Of a DNA stretch of 64,000 nucleotides, positions 59,476 to 64,000 are shown one piece after another. Each line of letters opens with the position of its first letter. Positions within the stretch are counted from its first letter, which is position 1. The notes under the pieces are model-generated. The model saw only the letters and a list, made by a program, of their open reading frames with translations. It had not been told where the DNA came from and ran no database searches. This DNA is from Podarcis vaucheri (taxonomy: Eukaryota): the NCBI GenBank assembly GCA_965113315.1, contig OZ220365.1; one strand, 5' to 3'. The translations under genes and the position numbers were made by a program.

Positions 59476-62400
59476 TGTATTTCTGAGGTTTGCAGCTCCG
59501 CTGAATGTGCTTTTGTATGGGATCACCAACCCAACACCAGTATCTGTGTGTTGTGTGTTGAGGCCATCTTGTCTATTTCCCCTTGTAAGGGGGAATGTTC
59601 TCTGTTACTAGATGGCAGTAGCATCATGTTTTTAGTGTGTGTTGAGAAATCAATATTGTATGATCTCCTCGAACAGGAATAGCAGGACATAGGTGAATTT
59701 GAACTGCAAATATTAGGATTTGGGGGACAGGGTGGAAGAGCAGCAATGGCTAAACTTTCTAATTTTTGTGATGTCATTCCCGCCATTTTGTGTTATGCCA
59801 TGTACCCACAGCAGCCATTTTGTGAGTTGTACCCACAATACTTTCTCAGAATTTGAAATGTGTCTGCTGATCCAAAAAAGTTTGGTGACTCCTGGCTTAG
59901 GGTGATCATAAAGGGACAGAATGGAAGGTATGTAGATTATGATCTACATAGCCTAAGTGAATGACATATTAATTATGTTTGGCATGTGATCACCTGTTAA
60001 TTGATCCCCAAACTGCAGGTAAATCATTTCATTCACATGTCTTTTTATGTTCCAAGCAGGAAGCTTAGCATATATCCCTTTTTCCCAGCTGGCTATCCAC
60101 AACATTACTCAGTGCAACTAGTTACCTCCAATACTTAACTTTTGTTACAACAACAACAACAAAAAACCAATGTTTTAGTTTATTTATATACTGATTTTTG
60201 GCTCTCAAACAGCACATTAACACAGAAGAAATATACAATAAACACACAATAAATCAGTTAAAATAGTATAAAAATAGTTACATCACAAAAGAACCATAAA
60301 TTGGATGGGATATGTTTCTCCTATGTTTCTTTCTGTGTGTAAGGAAATGATTGGACTAAAGAATATGGAATTTCTCTCCAACCTATCACCCAATAGCTGA
60401 TTGAATTCTAGAGAATAGGAGACTGCTGAAATTTATTTGCTAAGTTGCCACAGAAACCTAAGTACCTGAAACCACTTCTGAGAGATTTCTTTATTACAGT
60501 ATTACATTTTTATCCCACCCTTCAGTCCAAAGAAGCCCAGGCAAGAAAAGCAGAAGAGGGCATGCATCTCTTTCCCTTCTCCACTAGCTGAAAGAGACAG
60601 AGAGGTCTGACTTGCTCTCTGGAAGAAGCAGGGTTGCAACTGAGACAGAGAGAGGCCTGACTTGCTATCTGTAGGGATATAATGCTAAGATTCATAAGTG
60701 TATTATAAATGCCACCCTCTGACCAGGAGTCTCTTCATCCTAATTTTTTAATGTGTGGAACTCCATGTATGTGCAGAGAAAAATGCTCTGCAGCTGCTCT
60801 GTGACATATTTAATCTATTCTTACTGCATATGCAATCTGTCTAGGAACCCTTTCTGCCGGAACTCAAATACCTCTACTTCTCAGAAAGGTCTTTCTGGGT
60901 TTTATACAATTTACTTCGAAACTCGGAAAGACTTGTAGCTGAACAGCAAATCTGAGATGGCAGGAACATGCTTCATTCTGCTTCATTTTATGCAGAGGGT
61001 CCTGTACTGCAGAATCGCTGTGCTTGCCTTTCAGCACGCTCTTTGTTCTGGTTCTGCGAATTCACATCACCTTTGCTTGTGCTGTCATCTCAATTGTTTT
61101 ACGATTAATCTTTGCTGCTCACTGAATCTTACTCTGTAGGCCTTGTGATTTCATCCACTATTGATGTCAAGGTCAAAATCTTTTAATTTTATAGGTAGAG
61201 CTGGCACCATAACCTCTGGGTCTGCTGCTGTATATTTAAATGCTGTCAGTTGTCTAAAAATGACAGTGTCTTGGGCTTATGTCTGTCAGCTTTTTTATTG
61301 AATTCTTGGGCTGTATTTTGTCTCAGAAGCCTATAAACATCATGATTTCAAAATTGATTTCCCCCCCTCACTGTGGCAACCTGACATGTTTGATATTGGG
61401 ATTTTCTTGTTAAAATAAAAAGTTTATGGCATTAAAGATTTTCTACTGATTACCAAGAGTTAAGCTTGTATATTGCTCCAGGTTTAAAACTGAAGAAAGC
61501 ATCAGCAAAATAAGAAGGATAAAATAATAATATATAAACCTGAGTGACTTTTCTGCTAAGAGTAAATAGCAGCAGAGCTTGAGTTGAGTTGAAAGTTGGA
61601 TGTCCCCTATAAAACCAAACATTGCTGCCGTAGTTGGACACTACAGATATTACAAAAAAGTACTCCTTCACATACAACATGTATTTAAGCTATGGAATGA
61701 CCGCTACAAGTTGTAGTGATGGTCATCAGTTTAGTTGACTTTAAAGGGGGATTAGACAAATACATGGAGGGTAGACCTTTCACCTACAAGTGGAATGGAC
61801 TGCTCCCTGTTCACGATTCCAGCCGCTTCATTCCATTCCCTCTTGATTCTCGGCTTTTCTGACAGTCAACATTCTGCATCCAATCAGCACGTTCAGTCCT
61901 CATTGCTTCTTCCCCTTAGGACCCCCCCTAAATTATTTTTGTACCCCTGTAAGCCTTTGGGTTCTTCCAATCCTGCTGAAACATCTCTTCCATATACTTT
62001 ATAAGCCATAGTTCTTGAAGCCTGAATATCACAACTAAGGCAAACATGTGGGACCTGTAATGAAACGTGATCTTGTAGAGTACCCTGTCCATGCCCATGG
62101 CTTCTCCATTCCATTTTCTTCTCCCTTTCCTCCTGGTTTTCCACATCTCCCCTGCCAGTCACCATTCAATAGCTGTTGAGTGCAGTCAGTCCTCATTGGC
62201 CTTTTTAAAAAAATATAGCTTATTGTTTTTTAAAAAATATGTGTTAATTGATTTTCCAATATGAAATCCCCTCTCAATCCAAACCTTTTAAATCCTTGTA
62301 GCTGGGTTGGTTTTTGCAGTTTCTTATCTCATCACCTCTAGCACACGCCTGTAGTTTACTCCAATTAAAAAAACCCAATTTCCCCATCATTTTCTGATCA

Positions 62401-62999
62401 TCTCCACCTGTCTCTCTCCGCGGTGTTGGGAGAGGCGTCCATCCCCTGCGCACAGGAAACAGGAGGCTTTTTTATATAGCCTATTGATACCTTTCTCTCG
62501 GTAAGTGTCTTTCAGGATCAGAGGGGTCTTGGACTGGGAGCTTTCTGAAGGCTAATAAACAAAGCAGTTATCCTCTTTGGGCTTCTGGTTCTCATCTGCC
62601 TTTCTGTACGCCCTCTGCAAGGACTATATAATGTGAAATAATGAGGCCATGTGCTCCACTTTTGTTCAGTTCAAAATATAAAATGGATTCCCCATTCTGT
62701 TTGTGGCAATTACGGCCATTTCTCAAAGGTCTCTAGACATATGGACATTTGTGTTGACGATGCTAGTATTGCCCTTTTCAACTCTGTCAGCACAACAGCT
62801 GCATGTTTTAAATCCACATTTTCTAAGCATTTCAGCATCCGTAAATAAATTTTTTTCATATAAAAATGCTATTTATTTCCTTCAGTTATTCCCTGAGGAT
62901 ACATTAGAGAAATTACATGAGAGGTACATTATTTAAAAGTCGTTCCATCCCTCCTGTGGGACCATTTCCAGAGGGTGGCTTTGCAGGACTGCTCTTGCA

Positions 63000-63290
63000 T
63001 GTTACCTGCAGGATCCCGAAGAGTTTCATCCTGTCTTCCATGCTGTTTCAACTACATGAAGCCATTGAGGAAATTAGGGGATTTGTATGTAGCACAGTGT
63101 CACCAATATGAAGATGACACCCAGCTCTGTTTATCCTTATTACCTGAATCAGGTGTGGCAGCACAGGGGCTGGTCTGACTGAATCTGAATCCTCACAAGA
63201 TGGAGATGTTGTAAATTGGAGATGCTTTGGGATTAGATGGCCAGTTCTAGAAGGGGTCACATTCCCCTTGAAAGAACAGCTAGCACCCCA
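63000..63290 (+). mobile_element. Degraded L2-clade reverse transcriptase fragment
   Basis: FNYMKPL..CHQYEDDTQLCLS (degenerate YADD) with frameshifts. Confidence 0.72.
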
Positions 63291-63451
63291 AATTACATTC
63301 CTGCTAGTTGAAAAGTGTGATCTCATATGGAAAAGCCCAGCAGTGTTCTCCCTAGTTCCCGACTGCTCTGCATGATTAATTGAACAAGAATAAATAATGG
63401 AAGGTAAGGGAAAATATCAAAAAGGCAATAGGCAGGAGTACCTATTATTAA

Positions 63452-63612
63452 GGGACACGGGTGGCACTGTGGGTTAAACCACAGAGCCTAGGACTTGCCG
63501 ATCAGAAGGTCAGTGGTTCGAATCCCCGCAACGGGGTGAGCTCCTGTTGCTCAGTCCCTGCTCCTGCCAACCTAGCAGTTCGAAAGCACGTCAAAGTGCA
63601 AGTAGATAAATA
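63452..63612 (+). mobile_element. 5' half of a Sauria SINE, interrupted by a MITE
   Basis: GGGACACGGGTGGCACTGTGGGTTAAACC head up to AAGTAGATAAATA. Confidence 0.9.
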
Positions 63613-64000
63613 CTGTATTTTTCGCCCTATAGGACGCATCGGCCCATAGGACGCACCTAGATTTGGGGGGGAATAAAGGGGGAAAATTATTTTTCCCCAC
63701 CAGGCGCGGGGCTGGGGCGGGGGAAGCCCGAGCTTCCCCCTTCCCCAGCCCCCAGAATGGGACCAAGAGCGATGCTGAAGCTGCGTGCTTGCGGGAGCTT
63801 GCGGGGCTGGGGGAGGGGGAAGCCCTCCGCCAGCCTCCAAACCAGGTTGGGAGACAGCAGGATGGCGCGTGTGCCTCCCCGCTGTCCCCCGAGTTTGCGG
63901 GGCTGGCAATGGGGAGGAGCAGGCTTCTCCCCCCCCCCACCAGCCTTCTAACAAAGTTGGGGGACAGCGGGATGGCGGCAATCCGCCTCCCCGCTCTCCC
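63613..64000. mobile_element. GC-rich Tc2/mariner-type element nested in the SINE, running off the window
   Basis: TA-CTGTATTTTTCGCCCTATAGGACGC; homologous to 56097. Confidence 0.85.

Noticed and set aside
33912-64000. SMYD3 exon 6 (V.CN.F.I....GVGLYP)
   Set aside because: Not found by eye; intron 5 is very long in other vertebrates, so it is probably beyond the window.

Overview
Vertebrate genomic DNA, not prokaryotic. The SINE set (Sauria/Squam1, Squam2/POM-type, Squam3 with (CTT)n tails) points to a squamate and most likely a lacertid lizard (inference). The only host gene I can support is SMYD3 on the + strand. Four coding exons with canonical AG/GT boundaries lie at 22368-22431, 28278-28385, 29715-29772 and 33775-33911 (64/108/58/137 nt, as I recall for human exons 2-5) and encode the MYND finger and the following I-SET region. 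I found no exon 1 or exon 6, so the rest of the window is probably intron 1 (>22 kb here) and intron 5 (>30 kb here). The introns are dense in mobile DNA: L1, CR1, L2 and Rex1/Babar fragments, SINEs, five solo LTRs with target-site duplications (TSDs), and Tc1/mariner-type and hAT MITEs, several nested. Best leads: (1) a perfect 86-bp-arm Penelope-derived palindrome whose 3' half carries a complete minimal hammerhead ribozyme core on the SMYD3 sense strand; (2) an intact hAT element carrying a CpG-rich, promoter-like cargo with E2F, NRF1, CRE and GC-box motifs; (3) inverted SINE pairs around exons 2-5 that could drive skipping or circularisation; (4) a mariner-type MITE with a TG instead of TA duplication and a 24-bp E-box/GATA array. 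I cannot demonstrate a wholly new biological system from sequence alone. Repeat family names come from recognition, not from a database search.
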